DNA of 64,000 bases from a virus. Each line of letters begins with the position of its first letter. Within the stretch, counting starts at the first letter, position 1. A model generated the notes under the pieces. It was given only the letters and a program-made list of their open reading frames with translations, did not search any database and had not been told where the DNA came from. A program made the position numbers and the translations under genes. The stretch lies in the IMG/VR virus record IMGVR_UViG_3300024262_000015, positions 1 to 64,000 of that record. One strand, 5' to 3'. This document shows, in pieces, positions 9,366 through 19,389 of this stretch.

Positions 9366-10331
9366 ATGAGTTGGAAATGGAAAGCTTTATTTGCCGGGCT
9401 AATTGTTCTAGCATTTGGTACATTAATTTTTATAATCAAAGCCCAGTTTGATCTTATTGATAAGCAACAAACATTGCAAGAGTCTGTAATCCAAATGAAA
9501 GAGCTTCAGGATGGTTGGATAAGAAGCTCTTCCAGATATGTAACTAAGAAAGACTTAAACGGCTTTGCTAATGAACTGGGTGTTGATCTTGATCCCATTC
9601 AGAAAGACATCAAGAAGCTTAACGCTGAGATGAAAGGTCTTTCTTATGTTGTAGCCAAGACTAAAGGAATTAAAATAGTTGAAGTTCCATCAACCTCTGA
9701 AACTCCAAGAGAAAATCCTCCAGAAGATGTAGAAGACAAATATGGCTATCTAACCTCTACCCAGAAGCTAGAGCTTAAAGAGCCTCTCGGAGATAAGGCC
9801 GCTCCTGTAGGGTCCGTAGAGTTTAAGGCCTGGAAAGAAAAACCTTGGTCGGCAGAAATTTTGGCTCGTGAATACTCATCTACTACGGTTCTAAGCCGCA
9901 ATGAAGAGGGGCGTGCTATTGTAAATAACAAGCTCCAAGTAAAGGTGGGAGAAGAGATTTATGACATTCCTATTACACAAGGTGAGGTCGCTGAAGTCTT
10001 TCCTGAGTCTTCTTTTAGATTTAATCCAAGGCTTTTTATTGCTATTGATGGTGGAATCTATTTTAATAATGTTCGGGGAGAGATAACTCCTAATTTACAG
10101 ATGGCCCTTTTTTCTTACGGCAAACATAAGAGAGCATCAGATTGGACGTTCTTAGGATTAGGAGGCGGTTATGCTACTCAAGAAAATAATCTCGCTTTTA
10201 TTCTTTCTCCTGTCCGATATAACATCAGCAATTTTGTTCCTTATACCGAGAACTTATTCTTTGGTCCGTCGCTTACTGTAGATCTTAGTGGAAACTTTGC
10301 GTTGCTAGGAGGAATTGGAGTAGGGCTATGA
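9366..10331 (+). CDS. Membrane-anchored protein (N-terminal TM, coiled coil, beta-rich C-terminus)
   Basis: ALFAGLIVLAFGTLIFII; amphipathic strands ending FALLGGIGVGL. Confidence 0.7.
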   Translation: MSWKWKALFAGLIVLAFGTLIFIIKAQFDLIDKQQTLQESVIQMKELQDGWIRSSSRYVTKKDLNGFANELGVDLDPIQKDIKKLNAEMKGLSYVVAKTKGIKIVEVPSTSETPRENPPEDVEDKYGYLTSTQKLELKEPLGDKAAPVGSVEFKAWKEKPWSAEILAREYSSTTVLSRNEEGRAIVNNKLQVKVGEEIYDIPITQGEVAEVFPESSFRFNPRLFIAIDGGIYFNNVRGEITPNLQMALFSYGKHKRASDWTFLGLGGGYATQENNLAFILSPVRYNISNFVPYTENLFFGPSLTVDLSGNFALLGGIGVGL

Positions 10332-10537
10332 TAAATGCTATACTAATTTTTGTTATAGGAACCTGTTTTCCAATAAGTTTTTATTCTTTCTTTGTAGGCC
10401 TATTATGTTTACAAGTTGGACAAGATTTCGAAACCTTTCACTCCAATCACCTTAGTTGCGTAGGCTTTTTTTACTTTTGCCTTTCGGTTCTATTTTTTAC
10501 CTTGGCAACAAGCGCATTTGTTCCACTCCTGCTTTGA
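10328..10537 (+). CDS. Small two-TM membrane protein
   Basis: ATGA-coupled, GGAG upstream, two hydrophobic segments. Confidence 0.55.
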   Translation: MINAILIFVIGTCFPISFYSFFVGLLCLQVGQDFETFHSNHLSCVGFFYFCLSVLFFTLATSAFVPLLL

Positions 10538-10600
10538 TAAAGTGGGTATTGATAATCTGGCATACTATAGTAAGCTAAACCAACATGAGGAGTTTCCAAC

Positions 10601-10756
10601 ATGAGCAGAAAAGATAATAACTTTGAACAATTGCACCTCTACTTGGAAGAGAGCTACCTTTTAATCCCTCCAACTGAAGAAAAAAAGCGAAACGAAGAGG
10701 CAGAAAAGGATAGTGGCATAACCATCATTGAAGTTTGGAGCGACCCAGAAGAATGA
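10601..10756 (+). CDS. Small acidic protein (51 aa)
   Basis: Below the track cutoff. GAGGAG RBS; MSRKDNNFEQLHLYLEE...GITIIEVWSDPEE; stop overlaps the def ATG (ATGA). Confidence 0.7.
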   Translation: MSRKDNNFEQLHLYLEESYLLIPPTEEKKRNEEAEKDSGITIIEVWSDPEE

Positions 10757-11310
10757 TAATAACTGACGAAGCCCTCCTTCGGGTTGAGAGCGTTCCAGTT
10801 CTCCCCGAGGAGATAGGGCCTTTAAGGGATCAGCTAGAGCGCGAACTTATTCGTTCTGCCGCTAGAGGTCATGAAGGGGTTGGTTTGGCTGCCGTTCAAA
10901 TTGGCATTCCTCAACAGATGGCTATTGTAAGAACAAAAGACTATTCTGTTGATCTAATTAATTGCGAAATAGTTAAAGGATATGACAAAGCTATTTTTGA
11001 AAATGAAGGTTGTTTAAGTTTTCCTGGCCGATTTGAAAGAACTTGGAGATATCAGGAAATTCACATTAATAACAATGCTGAGCCTAAAAACAAAGAGTTT
11101 GTTGCAAGAGGATTTTTAGCTGTAATTTGTCAACATGAATTAGACCATCTTGATGGGCGCCTTTTGCCTGATGTTGCTATCCCTTCTTTAAATTTAAACC
11201 CGGAAAATTTAAATAAGACAGTTTTTAAAAGAGAAAAAAGAAGACCTAATGAACTCTGTTTTTGTGGATCAAGTGTTAAATTCAAGCGCTGTTGTGGTAT
11301 AAAAAGATAA
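10753..11310 (+). CDS. def: Peptide deformylase with C-terminal SEC-C Zn motif
   Basis: GVGLAAVQ, EGCLS, QHELDHLDG; tail RPNELCFCGSSVKFKRCCG; start moved to ATG 10753. Confidence 0.95.
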   Translation: MIITDEALLRVESVPVLPEEIGPLRDQLERELIRSAARGHEGVGLAAVQIGIPQQMAIVRTKDYSVDLINCEIVKGYDKAIFENEGCLSFPGRFERTWRYQEIHINNNAEPKNKEFVARGFLAVICQHELDHLDGRLLPDVAIPSLNLNPENLNKTVFKREKRRPNELCFCGSSVKFKRCCGIKR

Positions 11311-11314
11311 GAAC

Positions 11315-11617
11315 ATGAGAAGTAAAGTTACTGTGTATAAGTTTGGAGCAACTTGGTGTGGTCCATGTAAGGTTTTGGACACTAAGTTTTATAAGGTTTC
11401 CCAAGAGTTTCCCGAAGTTACTGTAATTGCTCTTGATGTAGAGCAGGATGCAAAACTGGCAAAACAACATAAGATAAGGTCAGTACCTACGGTTATATTC
11501 TTAGATGAAGGAAAAGAGGTAGAGAGGCTAGTAGGAGCGGTTCTTACTGGTCCTTTACGTAAGGCCTTCAAAACCCTCCAAGAAAGGCTAGATAATGTCA
11601 CGACCGACGACCAGTAA
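11315..11617 (+). CDS. trxA: Thioredoxin
   Basis: WCGPC, IRSVPT, G.EVERLVGA. Confidence 0.95.
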   Translation: MRSKVTVYKFGATWCGPCKVLDTKFYKVSQEFPEVTVIALDVEQDAKLAKQHKIRSVPTVIFLDEGKEVERLVGAVLTGPLRKAFKTLQERLDNVTTDDQ

Positions 11618-11885
11618 AAGCGAACCAAAAGAGCTTTGGGGAGCAATTAAAAACCAGAGTGTAAATATGTTTGGCCTTCCCGGTCAGACCTTAGAGGCTC
11701 ACATTACCGACCATAAGATTGTTGGAGATAAGCTTTATTTGCATCTCAAATCTACTGCTGCTTTGCGGGCTGTAGAAGAATCGGTTGCTAAAGTTCCACC
11801 ACCCGCTGGACAAAAATATGACGTACTACCTTTGGGCAGTGGCAACAATGAGGTTATGATAAGGCTCATTGAAGAAGAAGAATAA
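11595..11885 (+). CDS. Hypothetical protein
   Basis: 96-aa ORF in operon. Confidence 0.65.
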   Translation: MSRPTTSKSEPKELWGAIKNQSVNMFGLPGQTLEAHITDHKIVGDKLYLHLKSTAALRAVEESVAKVPPPAGQKYDVLPLGSGNNEVMIRLIEEEE

Positions 11886-11894
11886 AATTCCAAT

Positions 11895-12350
11895 GTGGAT
11901 GACAAAAATCAAAACATCTATCTTGTCTTAGGTTGTTTCGGAAGACGGGATGAAGACTTCATTAGTTGTGCGGGCGTTAGTAATAAAATTCTTATTATTG
12001 ATGAACGGTTGCAGCATATAGATGAAATATCTGAATACTTTGAAGGTCTTCGCTTATTTGACAGGCCCGTGTTTGATTTGAACGCAATTCGCCATGTTTT
12101 ATTTAACATGCAGGAGCGTTATGCGCAAGGACCACAGCCTTTATGGCGTCAAAATAAGTTTCATTTGTTAGAGAAATTTGTTTTAGATCATCGGGCTTGT
12201 GGCAATTTTATTAGACTGGTTGTTGATGGTCCTGACGAAATTGCTCCATCCTTAGAACAAAAGGTTCGTATTCCTGGTACTCCTCAATCTTTGGTTCCTT
12301 TAACTGAGCCAACTCGGTTTGAACTCAAAATGGTTCGGAATCGTAGATAA
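11895..12350 (+). CDS. Hypothetical protein
   Basis: 151-aa ORF in operon. Confidence 0.7.
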   Translation: MDDKNQNIYLVLGCFGRRDEDFISCAGVSNKILIIDERLQHIDEISEYFEGLRLFDRPVFDLNAIRHVLFNMQERYAQGPQPLWRQNKFHLLEKFVLDHRACGNFIRLVVDGPDEIAPSLEQKVRIPGTPQSLVPLTEPTRFELKMVRNRR

Positions 12351-12375
12351 TCTCTTACTACATTATCATTTAGAT

Positions 12376-12660
12376 ATGACTGAAAACGAAAAGCTTTATC
12401 ATGAAATCTATGAAAAGCTTCAACAATCTCGTCGGAAAAAGTTTATGCATCTCATGTCCAAGCTTGATGCGGGGCAATATGATTCTTGGCAACCGGTATT
12501 AAATAGAATGTACCAGCTTTATTCTACTGAAAGAGATAGGTATTTGAGTCAAATGGCATATCTTCATGGGCCTAGGCCACACTATATTAGCCCATTAGAT
12601 AGAGGAACTTATAATTACGGTTATGCTGATATTGGTCAGCTTATGGGAGACCCACAATGA
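12376..12660 (+). CDS. Hypothetical protein
   Basis: Track ORF 12319..12660; ATG 12376 removes the overlap. Confidence 0.6.
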   Translation: MTENEKLYHEIYEKLQQSRRKKFMHLMSKLDAGQYDSWQPVLNRMYQLYSTERDRYLSQMAYLHGPRPHYISPLDRGTYNYGYADIGQLMGDPQ

Positions 12661-13046
12661 GAACTATTTCAAATAAGGTTGCGTCACAGCTAGCTCTTCA
12701 AAAAGATGAAGCTAATGAATTAGGATTAACGAAGGTTGCTTCTTTTATAGATAAAGAATTAACCGCTCCAACTAGGGATAGTGATCAGCTTTATTCTTAC
12801 TCACAAGAAGAGCTTTATAGTGATATTGAATCTAAATTAGCGGAAGCTACTGTGAGGATTTGTGACTACTTCAATGTAGCTCCAGATTCGCGTCAAGTTC
12901 ATGATTTAGTAGAAGATATGAAGTCTCAATTGTTTTTTGAAGTAAAAGCTATGACAGGAGTAGAAGATGGTATTGGTCCTTATGAGCCATTAATTGTTGG
13001 GGAAAGACGAGAAGAGACTGCTATAACTATTAGTGAAGATGACTAA
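12657..13046 (+). CDS. Hypothetical protein with K-x-A motifs (possible virion protein)
   Basis: SNKVAS and LTKVAS in the first 28 aa; ATGA-coupled. Confidence 0.65.
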   Translation: MRTISNKVASQLALQKDEANELGLTKVASFIDKELTAPTRDSDQLYSYSQEELYSDIESKLAEATVRICDYFNVAPDSRQVHDLVEDMKSQLFFEVKAMTGVEDGIGPYEPLIVGERREETAITISEDD

Positions 13047-13503
13047 TGTAAATAAAAAAGCTTTTAATGATGACGAGCCGCTTCCCGATGGTACCCGCGC
13101 TTTAAGATTGGATAATAAAAAGTCTCGTTTTCGGCCCCCTCCAAGCAATGAGCCGCCTGATTATAATTTTGAGGAGCGGGCAAATGCATTAGCTCAAAAG
13201 ATTCAGGCAAGAAACCATAAGGGAATTGAGCTAGCTTCTCAATTTATGGAACTCATGAAGTCAAAAATACTTGATGAGAACCGAAGCAAATTGGCCAACC
13301 AAAGCGAGGGAGATCTTAGAAAGCAACTCATTAGCTGGCTTGTAGAAATTAATAATGATGAAGACGAAGAGCTAGATGGAATGGGCTCTGCTGGAGTTAT
13401 TACGCTTCTTCTTAAGACATTTTTTGTCCAAAGAGATAGAATCAATAGTCTTGAGTTTAGGCTAGCTTCATTAGAAAAGGAGCTAGGCGTTGAAAAACAA
13501 TAG
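13033..13503 (+). CDS. Hypothetical protein
   Basis: 156 aa; NKKAF near the N-terminus; C-terminal coiled coil. Confidence 0.7.
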   Translation: MKMTNVNKKAFNDDEPLPDGTRALRLDNKKSRFRPPPSNEPPDYNFEERANALAQKIQARNHKGIELASQFMELMKSKILDENRSKLANQSEGDLRKQLISWLVEINNDEDEELDGMGSAGVITLLLKTFFVQRDRINSLEFRLASLEKELGVEKQ

Positions 13504-13669
13504 TGATTTCGAGCGCCTCATTCAATGGATAGCCAACGAAAAAGAGGCCTTCTCCCAGTATAAGATTTTATGTGCTAAATATGGAGTGCCATGCGATCCG
13601 ATAGTCATAGCGGTCCACAAGGGGCGCTTAGAGGTAATGGAGATGTTTTCCAGAAACTCCTATCCTTAG
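13490..13669 (+). CDS. Small hypothetical protein (59 aa)
   Basis: Not on the track. TTG start 7 nt after AAGGAG; MKNNSDFERLIQWIANEKEAF...RNSYP. Confidence 0.6.
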   Translation: MKNNSDFERLIQWIANEKEAFSQYKILCAKYGVPCDPIVIAVHKGRLEVMEMFSRNSYP

Positions 13670-14142
13670 GATCCAATTTAACTCTTTTTAAGACACTCGC
13701 GCTTTATGGTATTCATTTAAAGCCGTCTAAAAGAGAATGGAGTCACCCAATTCGTTGTCCTTTTGATGAACACAAAGGTGGAAAAGAAAACACTTCTTCT
13801 TTTGGGTATAATTTTAATAAAGATTATTTTAATTGTTTTGGATGCGGCTCTGGAGGTGGAGTTGTTGAATTCATTTCTAAAAAAGAAGGTATCCCTAAAC
13901 AGGTAGTTCGAGATCGTTTACGCGGTAGGCTTTCGATTACCAATATTGTTTCTCCCAATTTAGATATACACCTAATAAAATTAGCTAATTGGTTACGTTC
14001 CCAAAATCAGACTGAGGACCTTCAAAAGGTTTTGTGGTGGTTCGATTCGTATCTGGACCAGGGCGAAAGCTTGGAGGAAGAAGAACTGTGCGCTAGAATA
14101 GCAAAGGTCTATCAAGTGTTGGAGGATAACCTTGACAAATAA
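13591..14142 (+). CDS. Stand-alone DnaG-type CHC2 zinc-finger protein
   Basis: CPFDEHKGGKENTSSF...FNCFGCGSGGGVVEFISKKEG; no TOPRIM domain. Confidence 0.85.
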   Translation: MRSDSHSGPQGALRGNGDVFQKLLSLGSNLTLFKTLALYGIHLKPSKREWSHPIRCPFDEHKGGKENTSSFGYNFNKDYFNCFGCGSGGGVVEFISKKEGIPKQVVRDRLRGRLSITNIVSPNLDIHLIKLANWLRSQNQTEDLQKVLWWFDSYLDQGESLEEEELCARIAKVYQVLEDNLDK

Positions 14143-15319
14143 GTTTATGGTTCTGGGAGACGTACATATCGGCCAAGGATTAAGTCTTGGCAAGCCCGGA
14201 ACTTTAGGTGCTTTAAATAGCCGTATAGAAGATCAGAAAAATCTCTTAACGTTCACCTTGAAAAAGGCCATTGAGCTAAATATTTCTTCTTTATTTTTAA
14301 CTGGCGATATCTTTGAAGAAGCCAAGCCCCATCCTCAGTTAATTAAACTCTTTCTAGAGTGGGTTAAAGAGTGTGAGAGCGCTGCAATAGATCTTCATAT
14401 TGTTGTAGGCAATCATGACATAATTAGGACTGGGGCATTTACACAATCAGCCCTAGAAATAATACCCACATTAAAGCTGAATAACATTCACGTTTATAAA
14501 GATCCTTCGCAAATTGAGTATAAGGATGTGGTTTTTACTCTTCTTCCATTTAGAGATAGAAGAATGTATGATAAGGACACTCCTCAATTGGCTCTTAAAC
14601 AATTAATCAAAGATCTTCCTAAGCCTCAAAAAGGTAAAACAAATATAATTGTAGGCCATTTGACTTTAGATGGTTCTATTCCTGTTGGTCATGAAATAGA
14701 CTCAAACTTAAACGAAATCTTTTGTCCTATGACCATGTTTAAAGGGTTTGATTATGTAGTAATGGGCCACATACATAACTTTCAAATCTTAGAAAATGAC
14801 CCTTTCATTTTCCATCTAGGAAGTATGGATCGTTCAAACTTTAGTAAGACCGAAATGAACGGCCAAAAATATCTCGCAGTTTTTGATTTCGCAAGCAAAA
14901 AGCATTTAGACTTTATCCCTTTACCTGTTCGTCCTCTAAAAAAAATTCTAATTGATATCCCTAAGGATAAAGAATTCACTACCGAATATGTATTAGACGC
15001 TTTAAACAATGAAGACCTTGAAAATTGCTTATTAAATTTAGAGATTAAAATATCAAGTACTCAACCGGAAGTAAACAAAGATATTGTGATGAACTTTCTA
15101 TCTTCTAAAAAGGTTTTTCACACTCCAAAATTTTCTCAGTCCCGTTCTATTCTTGTAGTTCAAGAAGATGCAGTTGTTTTAGAAAAGCAAACCTCTCCTA
15201 AGCAGGGAGTAGAAAAGTTTCTGGAAACTTTCTCTACGGAAATGGATCTTTCTGCTGAAGATGTTGAGAGAGTTATGGAACTAGCCAATGACTGTATTAT
15301 GGAGCTTGAAACTCTTTAG
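14132..15319 (+). CDS. sbcD: SbcD/Mre11/gp47-like nuclease
   Basis: GDVHIG, TGDIFE, VGNHD, VGH, MGHIH; adjacent to the SMC ATPase. Confidence 0.92.
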   Translation: MTNKFMVLGDVHIGQGLSLGKPGTLGALNSRIEDQKNLLTFTLKKAIELNISSLFLTGDIFEEAKPHPQLIKLFLEWVKECESAAIDLHIVVGNHDIIRTGAFTQSALEIIPTLKLNNIHVYKDPSQIEYKDVVFTLLPFRDRRMYDKDTPQLALKQLIKDLPKPQKGKTNIIVGHLTLDGSIPVGHEIDSNLNEIFCPMTMFKGFDYVVMGHIHNFQILENDPFIFHLGSMDRSNFSKTEMNGQKYLAVFDFASKKHLDFIPLPVRPLKKILIDIPKDKEFTTEYVLDALNNEDLENCLLNLEIKISSTQPEVNKDIVMNFLSSKKVFHTPKFSQSRSILVVQEDAVVLEKQTSPKQGVEKFLETFSTEMDLSAEDVERVMELANDCIMELETL

Positions 15320-15351
15320 TCTTAAATGGCTCACTCACAGGAGAAGACACT

Positions 15352-17493
15352 ATGAAGCCTGATAGATTGGTTTTGAAAAATTTTATGAGTCACGAGCTAA
15401 GTGACATTGATTGTGGACTATTTAATAGCGCTCTCATTGTTGCTAAAGAAAAAGGTGATGATGCAAAATCTAATGCGGTGGGTAAGTCTACAATATTTCA
15501 TGCTTTAGAATATGCTCTTTATGGAACCTATCCTACGGAGCTTCTAGAACAAATCGTTAGAGATGGAGCCGACAAGTGCACCGTAGAACTCATTTTCCAA
15601 AATCAGGGAGAGCACCTCAAGGTACTTAGAGGACGCTCAGCCAAGGGGCGCTCAGACCTTCGTTTATGGCGTTTGGTAGCGGGCAAGTGGGTATCGATAT
15701 CTGAGCGCACAATGCCTGATACAGATAAGAAGCTGGCTGGCATTCTAGGGATTTCTCAAAAGGCATTCCGATATTCTGTCATGTATGGACAGAATGATAT
15801 CTCAGCTTTAGCTTCTGCAAAGAAGCCTGAACATAGGAAAGAGATATTAAAAGAGCCATTGCAATTAGCTATCTATTCTAAACTAGAAAAGGCTGCCAAA
15901 AAGAAAATGGCCGATTCTAAGACAGAGCTTATTACAATTACAGGCACTACAGCTTTGCTAGGAAGACCGGATTTAGAACGCAAAGATTCAGAGATTGATC
16001 TAAAAGACATTAAAATAAAAATCGAAACAGTATCTAATAAGATTACAAAAATTGATTCTGCCCTGACTAGTGATAAGGCTTTATATATTTCATTGTCATC
16101 CTCATTAACTAATAAAAGCAAACAGATACAAGAAAAATATCATGAAACAAATGAGCGAATTAAAACTGTAAGCGTAGAGTTAACTACAAAAAAAACATCT
16201 CTTGTTTCCAGTATAAAAGATTTGAATACGGCTTCAGGTAAATTAGAAATAATCCAAATTGAACTTCAGCAAATTAAAGATACCCGAGAAAAGTGCGTCC
16301 CAGACACAGCTTCTAAGAAGAAATTAGAGAGCAAACTATCTCAGGCTGAACAAGATTATATAAATGGTAAAGAAATTATTGCTAAATTAGAAAGCAAAAT
16401 CTCTGATCTTGAAAACGTATTGCCCCATGAAGAAACTTGCACTCATTGCTTTCAAAAGATAACTGAAGAATATAGAAAAGAATTTCGTCAATTTAGAGAA
16501 GAACAAATTCAAAAACTAACCGTCAAATATAACTCTTTAAAAGAAAGTGTTGATAGTTGTAAAGAAAAAAAATTAGATATAAAGAAAAGGATCGCAGAAT
16601 ATATAGCTTTGGAAAATAAATATAACGATTTAAATTATCAGATAGAACTCAAAGCTGGTGCTATAATTAACTTAAATGAACATATCCAATATCTTGCAAG
16701 TCACAATAAGGATATTAAAAATGAAGCCGATATTCTAGAGAGCAGTTATCAAAAATTAAAAGAGGCGTCTAAGTCTTTTGAAGTTCAGTTAGCTAAAGAC
16801 CCTGAAAAGGAAACTTCTAAAAAAATCATAGATCTAAGTACTCGGATCACTAAAGGAGAGGGAACTCTAGAAAAGTATCAAGAAGTATTAAACGATCTTA
16901 AAGGAACAAAGACTGCGTTAACCTCTCGTATTGAAAAACTTAAGCTAGATGAAAATAAAATTCAAAATCTTATTAAAAAAACTAAAGATCTTAAGCACAC
17001 AATTCATTTACAGAAGATAGTGGTACAAGCTTTTGGTCCATCAGGAGTTCCAGCATTAATGATCCGTTCTATTCTCGATGAGCTTCAATGGGAATCTAAT
17101 GCTGTTTTACAAAGCTTGCGTCCTGAAATGGAGATTAACTTCTCAGCTAATCTTGATATGTCTTATCAAATACGAGGAGCAACTAGGGTTTACGACCAGC
17201 TTTCCGGTGGCCAAAAGGTATATGTAGCACTCAGTTTAAAAATGGCTTTGTCTAAAATCATCCAACGCAAAGTAGGGGTAGATATTGGGATATTGGCTTT
17301 GGATGAGGTTGATCAAAGTTTAGATAAAGCTGGGGTAGAAGCCTTTGCCGAGGTAATTAAAAGATGGGAAAAAGATTTTAAGATTTTTGTTATCACTCAT
17401 AATGATTCATTAAAAGACAAGTTTAGTCACGCCATTTTGGTTGAAGGAGATGGCAATGGAACATCTAGTGCTCAGGTAGTTAATAACTGGTAA
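15352..17493 (+). CDS. sbcC: SbcC/Rad50/gp46-like ATPase
   Basis: LKNFMSH, SNAVGKST, coiled coils with CTHC zinc hook, LSGGQ, LALDE, ITH. Confidence 0.93.
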   Translation: MKPDRLVLKNFMSHELSDIDCGLFNSALIVAKEKGDDAKSNAVGKSTIFHALEYALYGTYPTELLEQIVRDGADKCTVELIFQNQGEHLKVLRGRSAKGRSDLRLWRLVAGKWVSISERTMPDTDKKLAGILGISQKAFRYSVMYGQNDISALASAKKPEHRKEILKEPLQLAIYSKLEKAAKKKMADSKTELITITGTTALLGRPDLERKDSEIDLKDIKIKIETVSNKITKIDSALTSDKALYISLSSSLTNKSKQIQEKYHETNERIKTVSVELTTKKTSLVSSIKDLNTASGKLEIIQIELQQIKDTREKCVPDTASKKKLESKLSQAEQDYINGKEIIAKLESKISDLENVLPHEETCTHCFQKITEEYRKEFRQFREEQIQKLTVKYNSLKESVDSCKEKKLDIKKRIAEYIALENKYNDLNYQIELKAGAIINLNEHIQYLASHNKDIKNEADILESSYQKLKEASKSFEVQLAKDPEKETSKKIIDLSTRITKGEGTLEKYQEVLNDLKGTKTALTSRIEKLKLDENKIQNLIKKTKDLKHTIHLQKIVVQAFGPSGVPALMIRSILDELQWESNAVLQSLRPEMEINFSANLDMSYQIRGATRVYDQLSGGQKVYVALSLKMALSKIIQRKVGVDIGILALDEVDQSLDKAGVEAFAEVIKRWEKDFKIFVITHNDSLKDKFSHAILVEGDGNGTSSAQVVNNW

Positions 17494-17497
17494 AATT

Positions 17498-18127
17498 ATG
17501 TTAATAGGAATAGCTGGAGCCAAACAACATGGTAAGGATACTTTTGCAGACTTTATTTGCAAATACAATCCTGAGTTTAAAAAAACAGCTTTTGCTTTAA
17601 AGCTTAAGCTCCTAGCATCTAAAATTTTTGGTCTAAGGTTAGAGCTATTCAATAATCCTCGTCTTAAGGACAAGCCATTTAGTCACGACCCCATTGATAT
17701 GGACACTTTTTTACCAGCTATGGAGGTCTTTACAGGTCTATCTATGTCTCGGGAAGGCTTAACTGCTTTTAATCCAAGACAAGTGTTACAGCAATTTGGA
17801 TCAACCTATTGTAAAAAATATTATCCTAATTATTGGATTGATAGTGTTTTTAATTCTTATAAAGAAGGAGATAATTTAATAATTTCTGATGTACGCTTTC
17901 CCGATGAATTAGCCTCTATTAAAAGCAGAGGAGGAATTATAATAAAAATAATTCGCACCGACATAAAGTGTGACGATTCCCATATTTCAGAGTCTTATAT
18001 TGAAGACTTACCTTCCGATATTACAATAAGAGTGAAAACTGGAGAATTAGGTTTGCTTAAGGATAAGGCAAAGAGTATTTTTAATTTAGGGAAAGAATTG
18101 CATTTAGATAAATGCAATTATCCTTAG
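17498..18127 (+). CDS. Deoxynucleoside monophosphate kinase (T4 gp1-like)
   Basis: GAKQHGKDT, RQVLQQFG, ISDVRFPDE, HISE. Confidence 0.9.
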   Translation: MLIGIAGAKQHGKDTFADFICKYNPEFKKTAFALKLKLLASKIFGLRLELFNNPRLKDKPFSHDPIDMDTFLPAMEVFTGLSMSREGLTAFNPRQVLQQFGSTYCKKYYPNYWIDSVFNSYKEGDNLIISDVRFPDELASIKSRGGIIIKIIRTDIKCDDSHISESYIEDLPSDITIRVKTGELGLLKDKAKSIFNLGKELHLDKCNYP

Positions 18128-18405
18128 ACCCCTATATAACGCTATTAGAAGCGGAAGGAGAAGAGCGACTTTACCGTCGTGTTCTAGGGGATATAATTAT
18201 TAATTGCGATGAAGAATTTCCAGAACTTGGATTATTAACTAGAAGCGATAAGTTTTTTGCTTTATTCAGAAAAACTGGAGAAGAAAAGTTTTTTAAGACG
18301 GGAAAAATTCTAAGGAGAGCAGCGCATAAGCTTTATAGGGAGAGAAGAAGGACATTTGATAATTATCCAACTTTAAAAGACTTTTTAGATATTATTAAGG
18401 AGTAA
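18112..18405 (+). CDS. Hypothetical protein
   Basis: 97-aa ORF in operon. Confidence 0.65.
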   Translation: MQLSLDPYITLLEAEGEERLYRRVLGDIIINCDEEFPELGLLTRSDKFFALFRKTGEEKFFKTGKILRRAAHKLYRERRRTFDNYPTLKDFLDIIKE

Positions 18406-19389
18406 GTGGCAGTAATAAGTTTAAGTATCATAGATGGCGATTATGAAATCGTTGCCGGAACACCAGCGTTTGTAAGCTTTACAACCAATGTTCCTGCTAC
18501 AGTTTTTTATACTTTAGATGGTACAGAGCCTACAACTTCCTCATTAGTAGCAGTGGGAGATGTTTTCTTACCAACTACCGGCCTTTTAGTTCATTTAAAG
18601 GTTTTTGCTACTAATGGCACGGATACTTCTCCAATTATCGAAAAATGCTACGGCACTACAATAGCTTTTAACAGAAGACCACATGATACAGTTAAGGGTT
18701 TAAATACTGGCTTTCCCCCATCAGCACCCTATCCTTTTGGTTCCTTTAGCCAACCAAGGGGCGTTTATGGCAATACTGGGGGCCTAACAATCAAAAGCGC
18801 CAATGTAGAAGGGGTTCCGGATGGTTTTGATGCCGATGGAAACCCTGGAGCCTTTACAAATAAGCCATTTACGATTGAAAATTATGAAATAATCTTCTCA
18901 GAAACCAATCAAGCCGGAGAATATGGACGAGGTATAGGAAATTTGCCCTCTGAAACCTTCGTTATTCCTCCTCGCGTCAACCCTCCCGAAGAGTCAGAAA
19001 CCAACTCCCCATTTTTTAATCCTAAAGCTTTGGTTATTTACCAAGATGGAACAAAGCCATCTTTTGACCCGGCTATAGAGCCTATGATGCGCCACTCTTT
19101 TAGCCTTATGAACCCAGAGCGAGTAAGAGATGGAAACTATTTTTTTACTACTGGATTGGATGGAAATACGCCCACTGCTAATACTACCAAATCAATGTAC
19201 AATCCAAAAGATAATACAATGATTTATTATTATAGGGATAGAGATACTAATAGATGGATAATATCAAAAACTAAATTTGTATCTAAAGATCCGGGTTTGT
19301 TTAATTTAGGTGCTGTGGTATTTGGCAGGTTCAAAGATGCGCGCTATGTTTATCCTTGGGTAACTTACCTCTACAACAAGTTAGCATAA
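18406..19389 (+). CDS. Fn3-associated/CHB_HEX_C-like domain protein, possibly structural
   Basis: TNVPATVFYTLDGTEPTTSS...LKVFA motif; AAGGAG RBS. Confidence 0.7.
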   Translation: MAVISLSIIDGDYEIVAGTPAFVSFTTNVPATVFYTLDGTEPTTSSLVAVGDVFLPTTGLLVHLKVFATNGTDTSPIIEKCYGTTIAFNRRPHDTVKGLNTGFPPSAPYPFGSFSQPRGVYGNTGGLTIKSANVEGVPDGFDADGNPGAFTNKPFTIENYEIIFSETNQAGEYGRGIGNLPSETFVIPPRVNPPEESETNSPFFNPKALVIYQDGTKPSFDPAIEPMMRHSFSLMNPERVRDGNYFFTTGLDGNTPTANTTKSMYNPKDNTMIYYYRDRDTNRWIISKTKFVSKDPGLFNLGAVVFGRFKDARYVYPWVTYLYNKLA

